IMG/VR virus record: IMGVR_UViG_3300045988_117048
Location: 1 to 48,231 of that record
DNA: 48,231 bases
Source: a virus
Reading direction: 5' to 3' (one strand)
In this document: in pieces, positions 21,456 to 32,162 of the stretch
Numbering within the stretch: position 1 is the first letter of the stretch
How the letters are laid out: each line of letters opens with the position of its first letter
Program-made: the position numbers and the translations under genes
The notes under the pieces: generated by a model
The model's database searches: none
Told to the model about the DNA's origin: nothing
Seen by the model: the letters and a program-made list of their open reading frames with translations, nothing else

Positions 21456-23942
21456 TTACACTTCTTGTACTGTTATATAAGTGGTTTGGTTATCACCAGA
21501 ACTATCATTTATAGTTATTGTTGCTCCACTATTATTATACACTGTTACCCAGTCGCCACTAGACAAAGTCATTAATCTAGGAGCAAAAGAGAATGTAGTA
21601 AAATTGTCAGACCCACTTTTGCCAATAGCTTCTGCCAATGGCGAACCATTTCTTAGTATTTTTAACCATGTTCTGCCATTATAGTATACCCATACTTGGG
21701 CTGATACAAGTACTGTACAAGCACGTTTTGCATAAACTCTATTGTTCTTAAATTCAAAAGCGTCTCCAATATTAGTGTATACTTTATTAAATGGCATATT
21801 ATTCCCAGCAGCAACAGAATATGTATTATATTCAGCACATAGCATAATGCAACTTTTTCTAGTTATATATCCACTATCGTTTGTAAGTTGGCTTGTTTTT
21901 GTTGGTGGTACTGGAACTATATTCTTGAAAACCGTTTGAGTTCCACTAGGTGCTGTAGTACCAATATATCCTGTTCCATTGAATAAACCACCTATACTAG
22001 TATCGCTATATGACAAAAGCTGGACAATTACTGGCGAATAAGTACTTGTTTGTCTTATATAAACATCAAGTGTATTATCCGAATTTTTAATTGCAAATAA
22101 TATTGACCCTCCATTATAATTTATATCACCACAAGTAACAACGCCCTTAATATAAGTATTATCGTAATAACTAAGATTTATTACACCATATGGGCCATTA
22201 CCTCTTGAAGCACAATGAATTATTGCACTTAAATAGCAGTTGCCCCAACCTGGAGTTGCACGTAAATGGAATATCTTATAATACCCAGCTGCCCCAGAAT
22301 TATTATAAAAATATTTGCATTGGAATATGGCATATTCTGGTAATATTGTTTCATCTTTGTATATATTCCCATAGATTTGTAATCCATTGCCTAAATTTTG
22401 GTTTAACATACCGTTTATGGCATATTTATAACCATTCCCACTCTTCATATATGTGTCAAGATAGTTACCACCATCTAAATATGTTTCTTCTATGTCAGAA
22501 TTGAATGTAGTTGTACCATATCCATCATATACTTGAACTTGAATATCATAAGCAATATTTGCAGTAAATCCACCACTAGAACCATTTTCGTGTATCTTAA
22601 AGGCACTATCTGTAGATAAATGACCATTATATACATTACCTATAGCAGTCTTGAAAGCAGATGTTGCGTCATGCCAACTACCCCAAGTTGTCTCACCATG
22701 TTTTTTAGACCTATATTGGAATTTTATGACATCATTTGCTCTATTTGAGCCGTTGTAATTACCATTCCATAATTTCAAATCTAAGCCTAAATAAGTCTCT
22801 GTTTCCATTCCATTTTTTCTTATGGTAGTTACGTTACTTAATACTGGTGTTGTATAATTTGATATTAAAAGTGTTAGAGCCTTTTGTGCAGGTGTTTGAA
22901 AGCCTCTACTATCTTTTGCAGTTACACTTAATATTCCACTATAGTTATATTTGTTTAGTGGGTGGGTTACTTCTGCACTAGATGAATAAGCTTCTGTAAG
23001 ACCATCTTGGAATGTATAACCACTAATTGTAGCAGCTTTCTTACCTACAGCCTTGTTTGCTGTGCTTATTGTAATTTTAACATTACTATAACCACTTATT
23101 ACAATTTGGTTGTTTCCAGTTAAGGCTACAGTGGTTGAGTTAGTATCTGCATATGTGAAATTGTTAAATGTTGGCAACATCTTGCTTTCAACAAATGTGA
23201 ATATTCCATTCAAACTTACATCTGAACCTATTTGTGTAGTCTTTGAACTATCACTATATGTTTTTAGAACATACTTAAGTGTTAATGAAAGGCTTGACAC
23301 GTTCTTAGTTGCGTTATATAAAGTGTTATATTCACTTGTTGTAAATTGAATTGTGTTCTCACCATTAGACAAGTTGCCAGTAGTTTTTATCAATGTGTTC
23401 CCATAGTATATCAATATACATGAATAGAAATCACTTGAATACTTAGTAATGTTTACTTTTGTGCTTGTTTCATCTATATATTCCTTAACCCAATTGAATT
23501 TACTTTCTCTAGGTATACTTGTTAAGGCTTTCTCACCAGTATCAAATTCTACAGGAGATATTGGTAGCCAAGCAGAAGAAAGAGAATGTGAATATTTTGT
23601 AGTTACTCTTAGGTTTAATGTACCATCAGAATTATGTTCAAAATCTCCCTCCCAACTACTTATAATATTTGTTGTAGTGCCTTTTGGGATAGAAGCTACG
23701 CTATTAGACACTCTTTGTGTAATAGTTTTGCTCTTGCTATCATAAGTTGAAATCTTATTTGTTATCCCACTAAAACCACTATAAGCATGGTTGCCTAGCC
23801 CATAGGCATATTCAGTTATTTTAACATGGCTCTTATTATTTGTTTTATCAACACTAGTTTCATCTACAACTAATCTGAATGTAAAACTATTTTCATTATA
23901 TCCTATACTTCTTACTGTTTTACTTTCATCATATACTGTCAT
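21456..23942 (-). CDS. Tail fibre / receptor-binding protein (828 aa)
   Basis: Position after the Tal-like gene; PPTKTSQLTNDSGYIT collar-like motif; beta-rich C-terminal head. Confidence 0.65.
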   Translation of the reverse strand: MTVYDESKTVRSIGYNENSFTFRLVVDETSVDKTNNKSHVKITEYAYGLGNHAYSGFSGITNKISTYDSKSKTITQRVSNSVASIPKGTTTNIISSWEGDFEHNSDGTLNLRVTTKYSHSLSSAWLPISPVEFDTGEKALTSIPRESKFNWVKEYIDETSTKVNITKYSSDFYSCILIYYGNTLIKTTGNLSNGENTIQFTTSEYNTLYNATKNVSSLSLTLKYVLKTYSDSSKTTQIGSDVSLNGIFTFVESKMLPTFNNFTYADTNSTTVALTGNNQIVISGYSNVKITISTANKAVGKKAATISGYTFQDGLTEAYSSSAEVTHPLNKYNYSGILSVTAKDSRGFQTPAQKALTLLISNYTTPVLSNVTTIRKNGMETETYLGLDLKLWNGNYNGSNRANDVIKFQYRSKKHGETTWGSWHDATSAFKTAIGNVYNGHLSTDSAFKIHENGSSGGFTANIAYDIQVQVYDGYGTTTFNSDIEETYLDGGNYLDTYMKSGNGYKYAINGMLNQNLGNGLQIYGNIYKDETILPEYAIFQCKYFYNNSGAAGYYKIFHLRATPGWGNCYLSAIIHCASRGNGPYGVINLSYYDNTYIKGVVTCGDINYNGGSILFAIKNSDNTLDVYIRQTSTYSPVIVQLLSYSDTSIGGLFNGTGYIGTTAPSGTQTVFKNIVPVPPTKTSQLTNDSGYITRKSCIMLCAEYNTYSVAAGNNMPFNKVYTNIGDAFEFKNNRVYAKRACTVLVSAQVWVYYNGRTWLKILRNGSPLAEAIGKSGSDNFTTFSFAPRLMTLSSGDWVTVYNNSGATITINDSSGDNQTTYITVQEV

Positions 23943-26413
23943 TTTATATACCTCCCATATAATTTATTGTTTCCTACTGTTATTCCAGTAGTTATTAATC
24001 CATCTACATTAGTAGTATCACTTAAAGCATTCTTCATATAACCCTCATATTTATTCAACCAGAACGTTTTGGTTTCTTTATAATACTGAGCGATTTCGTC
24101 AACCATTATTCTCATTTCATCATCGCCAGAATGAATTTTATAACCTGTCTCATCTAGCAAGTGAGTTAATCCCATTACCTCTGTTCTCTTTGGTGACCAT
24201 TCAGTATAATCCCCATATTCAACCTTTATATCGCCAAGTTCAACATGAACATTTGAATTTTCATTTGGAGCAGAAACATTTATAACTAAATTTGCTGCTA
24301 TAGGGTCAAACGTTGTTAGCCAAACGTCATCATATTCAAGCCCACTATAAAAGCCAGTTTTATGCAATTCTCCATCTATATAAATTCTTTGGCTTGATGG
24401 GTGATATAATCTATTATTTTGGTCTCTTAATATGCTATCAAGTATTGTCATCTCCCAAGTTAATGTTTCATCATTATATTTATAAAGATAGAATGCACTA
24501 TCAACAGGTTTTAACCATAAAATAGTCTTATCTTCCGGTTCTGTTTCGCTATTCGTTACATTAATTGCATTCCTACTTCTTGGTATTTTGAATTTGAATT
24601 TAACCAATTGCTCAGTTTCGGAATATTCTTCAGTAGTTGTGTTAGCACCAAATCCTATTAAGAAAGTTGGTTGACTAATTACAGATGAACTTAAATCTTC
24701 ATATAAGAATAGATTTATAGTAAAGTCTCCACCATATTTCAATGCCCAACTAGCTTTAAATGACAATGTTATTTCGTCTTTTGAAGTTAATATATCAAAT
24801 GTATCACTATTAATATTATTATTATTTTCCATCAATTGGTTCAAATTATAATCATAAGTTACGTCTAATGCCTTACCACTTATATACTTTACTTTGGTAT
24901 CACCATTTGATAATATTTGCCAGTTGCTTGTTGGTGGGAATGTTTCTTCCAAATTTGAATATTTAATATTTGTTTTTACCCATATATCACTAATAAGTTC
25001 ATATACAATACCATTTTCATATTGCCCATTTGTTTTAGTACAATACCAATAAGGTGGTCTATAAGGTCCAGATGGGGGTTCATCTCCTACTCCAATAAAT
25101 ACTCTACCTAAATTAGACCACCCCTCAAAGTCATAAAACATTGTGTTCCTAACTAGGTTGTTCCCACTCTTTTGGAAGTCAACTTCTAACCCATCTATGC
25201 TTTCTTTAATTTTTGTTATTTGTTTAGTGTTTTTATCTACATTAATAATTGTATCAGTTATTGTAGCGTCTATTGTATTTATCTCTCTCTTGATAGTCTT
25301 TATAGCTGCCTTTGGGTCTTCTTCTTTTACATTGACTACTTCTTGCTGTTGTGTTGTTGGTATCTTAGGTTCTATCTTTGTCATTATGCTTTGTTCAAAT
25401 GTTATTGTGTTGTCATTGATAGTTAGATAAGATTTATCACCTAAACTAAACTCTATGATATCCCATGCGTCTAAGGTTATATCTCCCACGTTTTCATTCT
25501 TTAAAGCATATATTTCAGTGTCTTTTACTACATTGTATATGTTTTCAACAATAGTATTTATTTGTTCTCTAGTACCTGCCATGAATGGGTTATCAGACCT
25601 TATATAAAGAGTATTCCCAGTAGTATCACCATTCTCTATTCCCTCAAGTTCATATCTAACTCTTGTAATTTTATATGGTTCACCTAACTCCCATGTTTTA
25701 CTTCTTAAGGCATTTATAGTAACACTCTTAGTTGCTTTTAAAGGCACTAATTTAAGTACACCATTTCTATCTATTTTAACGTTACAGCCTTTTGTTTCGG
25801 CTATCCAGCTTAACCATTGTTTACCACTAATAGTGCTATCGTATGTTCCAGTAGTTATATTAGGTGTTTTAGGATAATTCTCGTCAAAATCTACTCCGTA
25901 TGTGTTACAAATATATTCAAATATATCATTTGTTGTTCCAACATAATTAGCTTCTACTTGTTCCATTGCCCCACGTATATCTGTTGCAGGTTTGAACTTA
26001 ACACCATAGTCTAAACAAGTTATCTCACATTTAGTATGATAATCTTCTGCCAAGTCATCTATTAGGTATTTACCCATAGGCACATATACCATTTCACCAT
26101 TTAATGTTGTTCCTATTGATAATGTTACTTCATTACCACTTTCAATAGGTAGATTATCCAAATTCCTAAATGTAATAGTTATTTGTTGGGAGATAAAACT
26201 CCCAACATAAAACATATTACTTGTAGTGTCTATGATAGGGCTTGATATAACGATTTTGGCGATTTGGCTATAAGGCACATTTACTGGTGTCTTATTTTCC
26301 CCTTTTTCCTTAATGGTAAGTTTAACATTATATATGCTACTACCACTATATTCTTTATTCCTAAATGCTTGGGTTACATCAGTACCCTCACTATTTTTAA
26401 CTATATAAGCCAT
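23939..26413 (-). CDS. Tail-associated (Tal-like) baseplate hub / minor structural protein (824 aa)
   Basis: Position after TMP and Dit-position gene; N-terminal region resembles prophage-tail (siphovirus Tal) domains. Confidence 0.65.
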   Translation of the reverse strand: MAYIVKNSEGTDVTQAFRNKEYSGSSIYNVKLTIKEKGENKTPVNVPYSQIAKIVISSPIIDTTSNMFYVGSFISQQITITFRNLDNLPIESGNEVTLSIGTTLNGEMVYVPMGKYLIDDLAEDYHTKCEITCLDYGVKFKPATDIRGAMEQVEANYVGTTNDIFEYICNTYGVDFDENYPKTPNITTGTYDSTISGKQWLSWIAETKGCNVKIDRNGVLKLVPLKATKSVTINALRSKTWELGEPYKITRVRYELEGIENGDTTGNTLYIRSDNPFMAGTREQINTIVENIYNVVKDTEIYALKNENVGDITLDAWDIIEFSLGDKSYLTINDNTITFEQSIMTKIEPKIPTTQQQEVVNVKEEDPKAAIKTIKREINTIDATITDTIINVDKNTKQITKIKESIDGLEVDFQKSGNNLVRNTMFYDFEGWSNLGRVFIGVGDEPPSGPYRPPYWYCTKTNGQYENGIVYELISDIWVKTNIKYSNLEETFPPTSNWQILSNGDTKVKYISGKALDVTYDYNLNQLMENNNNINSDTFDILTSKDEITLSFKASWALKYGGDFTINLFLYEDLSSSVISQPTFLIGFGANTTTEEYSETEQLVKFKFKIPRSRNAINVTNSETEPEDKTILWLKPVDSAFYLYKYNDETLTWEMTILDSILRDQNNRLYHPSSQRIYIDGELHKTGFYSGLEYDDVWLTTFDPIAANLVINVSAPNENSNVHVELGDIKVEYGDYTEWSPKRTEVMGLTHLLDETGYKIHSGDDEMRIMVDEIAQYYKETKTFWLNKYEGYMKNALSDTTNVDGLITTGITVGNNKLYGRYIK

Positions 26414-26423
26414 ATTTTTATCA

Positions 26424-26888
26424 CTACTCCTCTACTAATGAGAACGTATGGTCTGTAAAGTTTTCGTGCCAGTTCCCATCATCATCTTTCCATACTCTCC
26501 ACACTGTGATATTCTTATCACTTGCGTACATCTTGTGTACTTTTGGTTGTAATGTCTTTTTATCTATAAGTTCTACATAAATCCACTCTGGGTCAAGTCT
26601 TTTTAATATATATGATAAGTCATTTTCACTTAATACATTATATGAAAACTCAACATCATATACATCATGTCTAACCCTATTTCTATGTGTATATCCTTGT
26701 AAATCCGTGAATGGGTCTTTATCTACATCATGAAGTGTTATTCCTAGACCAGAGGGAGTAGGAAAGTCTTGCAAGTCTGTACACTTGTATTTGATTTGTC
26801 CATATTCATCATAACCATCTTCTTGTCCAGTATGGCCTACTCTTATGTAGTTTTCATATTTACTATAGTCTATTACTTGTTTTACCAT
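26424..26888 (-). CDS. Tail component in the distal-tail-protein (Dit) position (154 aa)
   Basis: Synteny only, immediately downstream of TMP. Confidence 0.45.
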   Translation of the reverse strand: MVKQVIDYSKYENYIRVGHTGQEDGYDEYGQIKYKCTDLQDFPTPSGLGITLHDVDKDPFTDLQGYTHRNRVRHDVYDVEFSYNVLSENDLSYILKRLDPEWIYVELIDKKTLQPKVHKMYASDKNITVWRVWKDDDGNWHENFTDHTFSLVEE

Positions 26889-26898
26889 TTCCTACCTC

Positions 26899-29800
26899 CT
26901 AAAATCCGTATTGTCTATCTTTCTGCTTTTGTTTGAATGTTATGAAGTCTAATAAGCCCTCAGCGTCTCCCTCAGCAGTTATATTAACATTAACATTTCT
27001 TCCAGTTGCCATTATTGCTTTTGCAACACCAGCACTTATTCCATCTACGATTTGGTCGTTATTTGCAACAGCTGTTTGTCCACCAATAGAACCAACATAC
27101 TCTGGAGTTCTTTCATTTGCTAAGAATAAATCTCCTTTAGTTGGGAACCCACCTTGTGCATAGGCTTTTAATGAGTATGTTCCCAAATCTTTTACTGTAA
27201 AGCCTGATTTATCTTGTAATTTTATGTTAGTTATACTAAGTTTCTTTTTAATACCATCTGATATTGCTTTACCTATAGAACTGCCAAAACTATTTGCTAT
27301 TTTTGTTGCGTCACTTTTTGATATACTAGTTTTGAATAATTTAGTAATACCTGTAGCCAAATCTTCTAGGTCGTCTCCAAAATCTGAAGCGACATCGCCT
27401 AAATCACCACTGTCTATCTTTTGTAAACAGTCTATTATGATTTTAAGACTTTCACTTACTGCATTAACTTTAGATGTTTCTACGCCAGATATTTTTGTAT
27501 AGTATGTATTAAAGTTTGTACCAAATGTTACTAAATCTTCCGAGAATGAAGCTAAATTTTGTTCCCCAGTAAACCAACTAAAGAAACCACCTTTTTCTGG
27601 AAGTGCGTTGTATAACTCAGCTAATGATTTACCTGAGTTAGCTGCTGCTTCAACTATTTCTGGTTTGATATTTTTAATCCATGAGTAGAACAAAGCCATG
27701 TGTAATCCAAATTCTGGTAAATCTTTTGATAATTCTGTTAAACTCTTTTTACCAGTGAACCAACCTTTTATTCCACCAACAGTTGGTAGAGCGTCATTCA
27801 TTTCTGCCAATGCCTTACCAGCATGAGCTGCAGATGTTACAAATTCTGCGTCAAAGTCTTTTCCTAAAGCCTTTTGGAACGAGTTCATTGCCTTACCAAA
27901 ACCAACTATAGTTGTGAAAGTTTTAATTGCTCCTAGTACACCAAATATTCCAGATATACCATTAAGAACATTTGCTACTGTAAGTGCAAGTATTGCTTTA
28001 GCCACACATTCAGCACCTTTTGCTGCACTTTCATCTATGTTATTTATTGTTTTAAAGAAACCACTAGCATTTTCAGCAAATAGGCTTAATCTAGTTCCTA
28101 CTTCTGGCAACATTTTAGTAGCACTATCTATAAGACCCTCTACTACGCCACCAATTAGAGCACCAACCATTCTGCCAATGCCCTCAAATATTTTAACTAG
28201 TACATCTATTCCTTTGTCTATCCATGTATCAATACTTGGAAATTTAGTAATTAATGCTCCTATTGCTGTAACGAATGCTCCTGTAGCTGTTATTATAGCT
28301 GCAATTATTCCAAGACCAGGAATTATAACGGTAGAACCAATTGATGTTATAGCAGCTAATGCTTCAAGTCCCAATAATGGTATTAATATTTTGCCTATTC
28401 CATCAAATATAACTACTAAAGCGTCTGCTCCAGTTCTTATTATATCAAGCGAAACCAAAGTAGCAATTCCACCTATGGCAGTTACTACAGCGGTAGTTCC
28501 ACCAATAATTACTGCAAGTTCTCCTAATCCCTTATATGTAACTTTACCTGTACTTGTTAATAAAGATAGTCCAGTTAACCCAGCAAGTGGTATAAGTATC
28601 TTTGCAATTCCAGTGAATGTAGTAACTAGAGCGTCTGTTCCAGTTTCAATCCAGTCCTCTATATTTGGAAATTTTTCTATTAAAACCCCTAATGCTGCTA
28701 CATAAACTTCTACGGCAGTAATTATTACTGCAAGTTCTGCTAATCCTTTACCCAAGCTTTTCCAATTAGGTAGTTTGAATGATGACCCAGTACCAGTCGT
28801 AGAACCTTTGTCTTTAACTCCACCAAGTCCAAATAACTTGTTAATTATACCTTTAATGCTTTGAATGCCTTTGATTACTTTAAGAACTGCTAATACTACG
28901 CCACCTACTACTGCTGCACTTGCTGCTATAGTACCAAATGTAACTCCTAAGAATTTCCATTTGCCCTCAACTTTGCCAAAACCTAGCCATTCCATAATAG
29001 TGTTTCTTATTTTAACGGCTCTATTATGTGCTTCTTTAAGTTTGTCATTATATTCATCTAATGCTTCCAATGCTTTTGGGTCTACTCCACCGAGAGTACC
29101 AGCACCAGTTCCTGATGTTGTAGGGGTTTTGATTACATTAAGTTTATCAAATCCTCTAAGAGATTTTTGTGCTGCTTTTGTTGCTTCGTTAGCACCCTCC
29201 ATATTTTTCTTATATTTGCTACTATAATCAACAATTGAAGCAAATGGAACTTCTATTCCAAAAAAACCTAATAACATTCCTAGAAGCTCATTTACGACCA
29301 TTAGAATACCGTTTAAGACTGGTAGTATAGTTTGTAGTATTGGAAGTAAAAATGCTCCTAATTGTCTCTTAAGGGTGTCTATTTGTGCATTCCATATTTT
29401 GGTTTGATTAGATACATCATTTATAGTCGCAGCATAATTACCTTGTGCGTTTTTAAGTTGGTCTATTATTAGCAAATACCTTAATACTGCTTTTGTTGCT
29501 GCACTCATATTTGTAGTATTAGTTTGTATTCCAAGATTAAATGCTTTTTGTTTAACAGCATTATCTGTTACATCTGCACCAAGTATCTTAAGTGCTTCTG
29601 CTTCACCTGTAATACCACTTATTACCCTACGAGACATTTCATCAAAGTCTTCTCCATAATATGAGGATAAATCATTTACGAATTTAAGAAGATTTTCACT
29701 TAGTAGACTTGCTTCTTCATTTGCTAAGCCTAGTGAACTTGTGAATTGCCTAAATGTTCCTAAACTATTTGTAAGTTGTGCTATATCAAGACCTGATAAG

Positions 29801-30126
29801 TCTGCCATAGTTTTAACAAGTTTTTCACCACTGCTATTTACTTGACCATAAGCAACTTGCAAATTTTGCATACTCTTGTTGTAGTCTACTTGTGCTTTAG
29901 TAACTTTTATCATACTATTAGTATATTTTTGTATTGATAATACCCAAGCACCCAGTTGTTTTATATCAAAAGCGTTTTTTAACTTCTTACCAGTATTTTC
30001 TGCAGCGTCGCCAAGTTCTTCTGTTGCTTCTGTTTGGCTTTGAGTTCTTTTTTTAAGAGCTTTCAAATCTTTTAAGATACCTTTCATTTGACCCTCAATA
30101 GCCAAAATCATATCTTCATCGCTCAT
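26899..30126 (-). CDS. Tape measure protein (1075 aa)
   Basis: Length, coiled-coil N-terminus, long Gly/Ala/Ile/Leu hydrophobic repeats; follows the chaperone pair. Confidence 0.9.
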   Translation of the reverse strand: MSDEDMILAIEGQMKGILKDLKALKKRTQSQTEATEELGDAAENTGKKLKNAFDIKQLGAWVLSIQKYTNSMIKVTKAQVDYNKSMQNLQVAYGQVNSSGEKLVKTMADLSGLDIAQLTNSLGTFRQFTSSLGLANEEASLLSENLLKFVNDLSSYYGEDFDEMSRRVISGITGEAEALKILGADVTDNAVKQKAFNLGIQTNTTNMSAATKAVLRYLLIIDQLKNAQGNYAATINDVSNQTKIWNAQIDTLKRQLGAFLLPILQTILPVLNGILMVVNELLGMLLGFFGIEVPFASIVDYSSKYKKNMEGANEATKAAQKSLRGFDKLNVIKTPTTSGTGAGTLGGVDPKALEALDEYNDKLKEAHNRAVKIRNTIMEWLGFGKVEGKWKFLGVTFGTIAASAAVVGGVVLAVLKVIKGIQSIKGIINKLFGLGGVKDKGSTTGTGSSFKLPNWKSLGKGLAELAVIITAVEVYVAALGVLIEKFPNIEDWIETGTDALVTTFTGIAKILIPLAGLTGLSLLTSTGKVTYKGLGELAVIIGGTTAVVTAIGGIATLVSLDIIRTGADALVVIFDGIGKILIPLLGLEALAAITSIGSTVIIPGLGIIAAIITATGAFVTAIGALITKFPSIDTWIDKGIDVLVKIFEGIGRMVGALIGGVVEGLIDSATKMLPEVGTRLSLFAENASGFFKTINNIDESAAKGAECVAKAILALTVANVLNGISGIFGVLGAIKTFTTIVGFGKAMNSFQKALGKDFDAEFVTSAAHAGKALAEMNDALPTVGGIKGWFTGKKSLTELSKDLPEFGLHMALFYSWIKNIKPEIVEAAANSGKSLAELYNALPEKGGFFSWFTGEQNLASFSEDLVTFGTNFNTYYTKISGVETSKVNAVSESLKIIIDCLQKIDSGDLGDVASDFGDDLEDLATGITKLFKTSISKSDATKIANSFGSSIGKAISDGIKKKLSITNIKLQDKSGFTVKDLGTYSLKAYAQGGFPTKGDLFLANERTPEYVGSIGGQTAVANNDQIVDGISAGVAKAIMATGRNVNVNITAEGDAEGLLDFITFKQKQKDRQYGF

Positions 30127-30144
30127 ATTTTCAACTCCTTTCTA

Positions 30145-30468
30145 TTAAAATCTTGCCCAATTATTATATTCATATTGGACTTTATTGTTAATTTCTTTCT
30201 TTGTTAATTTTTTAATTGTTTTCTTTTCTTCTTTCTTGAATACTTTCTCATACGCAGGGAAGTCATTTTTCTTTCCTTTAGAGAACGCATTTCCTAATGA
30301 AGTTGAATGTGCTATAAAATTCATATTCCCATTAAGCCATGAATTATATTTTATGTATTCTGTCTGTTGTTGTTGTTCCATTTCCAACTTCTTCATAAAA
30401 GAAATTCGGTATGACCAATATAGTTGAGGGTCATCTTCCCAAAACTCTTCACTAGTCATACCGAACAT
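30145..30468 (-). CDS. Tail assembly chaperone, downstream (-1 frame) part; frame is open up to the slippery site
   Basis: EFWEDDPQLYWSY motif; -1 frame open from 30555. Confidence 0.7.
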   Translation of the reverse strand: MFGMTSEEFWEDDPQLYWSYRISFMKKLEMEQQQQTEYIKYNSWLNGNMNFIAHSTSLGNAFSKGKKNDFPAYEKVFKKEEKKTIKKLTKKEINNKVQYEYNNWARF

Positions 30469-30539
30469 TATTGCACTAGGGAATAGTTCATTAAGATAAA
30501 AGTCAGTGTATGAACTATATGTTTCACTAGAGTTCTCTT

Positions 30540-30974
30540 CTACTTCTTCTTTGGGCGTAGTGCAGTTAAGTTTTTTAATTCTGTTTTTGATATTTTATCT
30601 ATATTCATGTCTTCTATCATTTGTTGTGCTAATTGAATTAATTGAACTTCACCATATTCTTCACAAGCTTTATCGTATAACTCATTTACTTGAGCTAAAC
30701 TTAATTTATGTTCAGTATATAGCATTATCCAATATAGTTTTCTAAAAGTCTTTGATATTATTTCACTATCATTTAACTCTTCATTTACTGCTTCAAATGG
30801 GTTTGTATCATCTGTAATTTCGTTGCTTACGTTAGCATATTTTGTTCCCATTTCTTGAAGTTTAGCATTTTCTTCTCTACTATATCTCTCCCACGACACT
30901 AGTCCTTGTCTATTCAAAAATAAAGTGTATTCAACCCCTGAAATCTCTATTCTTTCTTTACTAATTTCGTTCAT
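30540..30974 (-). CDS. Tail assembly chaperone (144 aa, zero-frame product)
   Basis: Position between the major tail protein and TMP; slippery site 3 codons before the stop. Confidence 0.75.
   Translation of the reverse strand: MNEISKERIEISGVEYTLFLNRQGLVSWERYSREENAKLQEMGTKYANVSNEITDDTNPFEAVNEELNDSEIISKTFRKLYWIMLYTEHKLSLAQVNELYDKACEEYGEVQLIQLAQQMIEDMNIDKISKTELKNLTALRPKKK
30549..30555 (-). other. Programmed -1 ribosomal frameshift slippery heptamer C_CCA_AAG
   Basis: Zero frame ...CGC CCA AAG AAG AAG TAG; -1 frame CCC AAA GAA GAA GTA... runs without stops into the 30145-30468 ORF (30555-30468=87). Confidence 0.75.
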
Positions 30975-31010
30975 GATTTTCTATTCCTTTCGTTTATTTT
31001 AAATTATTCG

Positions 31011-31709
31011 CTAATCTGCAGATAATACAGTTACGGCGATACTTCTATATGAAGTTGCTTCACCCTCAGCAGATACTGTAAGTTCTATCATTGTTTGACC
31101 TGCAGCAACACCTGTGATAGTTAATTTACCAGCAGAATAAGCCGCAGTGGCAACACTAGCACTTGAACTTGTAGCAGTAATAGTAGCATTGGGGCTTGTT
31201 TCAAGAGCAAGTTCATACTTTTCAGTTCCTACTAAAGTTACATCACTTAGTGGAGTTTCAATTATAGCAGTTTTCTTCATTATAGTACTTGCCATTTCAA
31301 TTGGGTCTTCTTCAGCATTTGAAACTGTAATGTAGATAGTTCCTTGTTGAACACCATCAACACTTAAACCACTTCTTGCAAAATTTAGAGTACCACTGAA
31401 TTTAATACCATTGTCCTCTCCATCTCTTTCTAAGAATGCTTTAGCCTTTCCTTTAACTTTCTTTAAAGCTCTGATATTGTCTCTGTGCCAGTTAAATGTA
31501 TAAGTTTTTTGGTCTAATGTTTGTAATCCCTCACATTGTGTAACCATTTTATCACTAAGTACAGTCTTGTCTTGTGTGCTTGGTGCACCAGCTGTTTCAG
31601 GCATATCAATTACTGGTATTAGTAATGAATAAAACCCATCAGCTCCTTGAATGTTTAATGAAGAACCTTTACTTATTAAACCTTTGTCAGTATAATATCT
31701 TTCGTTCAT
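31011..31709 (-). CDS. Major tail protein with C-terminal Ig-like (Big_2-like) domain
   Basis: Synteny; C-terminus ATITATSSS...LTITGVAAGQTMIELTVSAEG...IAVTV. Confidence 0.75.
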   Translation of the reverse strand: MNERYYTDKGLISKGSSLNIQGADGFYSLLIPVIDMPETAGAPSTQDKTVLSDKMVTQCEGLQTLDQKTYTFNWHRDNIRALKKVKGKAKAFLERDGEDNGIKFSGTLNFARSGLSVDGVQQGTIYITVSNAEEDPIEMASTIMKKTAIIETPLSDVTLVGTEKYELALETSPNATITATSSSASVATAAYSAGKLTITGVAAGQTMIELTVSAEGEATSYRSIAVTVLSAD

Positions 31710-31720
31710 TTTTTCTCCTC

Positions 31721-32143
31721 CTATATTATTCTATTATTCCAACTCTGTTGAGTTGCATTAAATATCATTATATGTCTCTTGACATTGATATCTATATATT
31801 CTCCTCTTTGACTAGTGGTTCTAATAAAACCAACGTTTCTAAAGAATTTTGCTGTTAATTCTTTTAATTCATTTATTACGACCCTAGAATGATATGTTGT
31901 ATTGCCTATAACAACATCTTTAGTATATATTTCTACTTGATATGTTAAATCATCTCCATACTCCATTTTATTCAGTGCCATAAGATTTGTATTATCAACA
32001 TTATTTGCTTCTTTAAAAATTATTGTGGGAAAATTAGAAAATGACTGGGGAGTATCAGGAAGTACAAGTAATTTATCTTTAAAGACCGAATTAGCCTTTA
32101 TAAATGAGTTATACTCTTTTAATAATCCTACTTCTAAATTCAT
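31721..32143 (-). CDS. Tail completion / tail terminator-position protein; start refined
   Basis: GAGGTG 6 nt before ATG 32143; synteny. Confidence 0.5.
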   Translation of the reverse strand: MNLEVGLLKEYNSFIKANSVFKDKLLVLPDTPQSFSNFPTIIFKEANNVDNTNLMALNKMEYGDDLTYQVEIYTKDVVIGNTTYHSRVVINELKELTAKFFRNVGFIRTTSQRGEYIDINVKRHIMIFNATQQSWNNRII

Positions 32144-32162
32144 TTTATACACCTCACAGTCA

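Noticed and set aside
27914-28705. Long plus-strand ORFs antisense to the tape measure gene (263 aa here; also 28865-29227, 26933-27163, 27224-27502). Similar antisense ORFs lie inside fibre, capsid and replication genes.
   Set aside because: These are shadow ORFs of a long, compositionally biased gene. They give low-complexity Pro/Ile/Ala/Ser translations, have no RBS, and are fully embedded in well-supported minus-strand genes.
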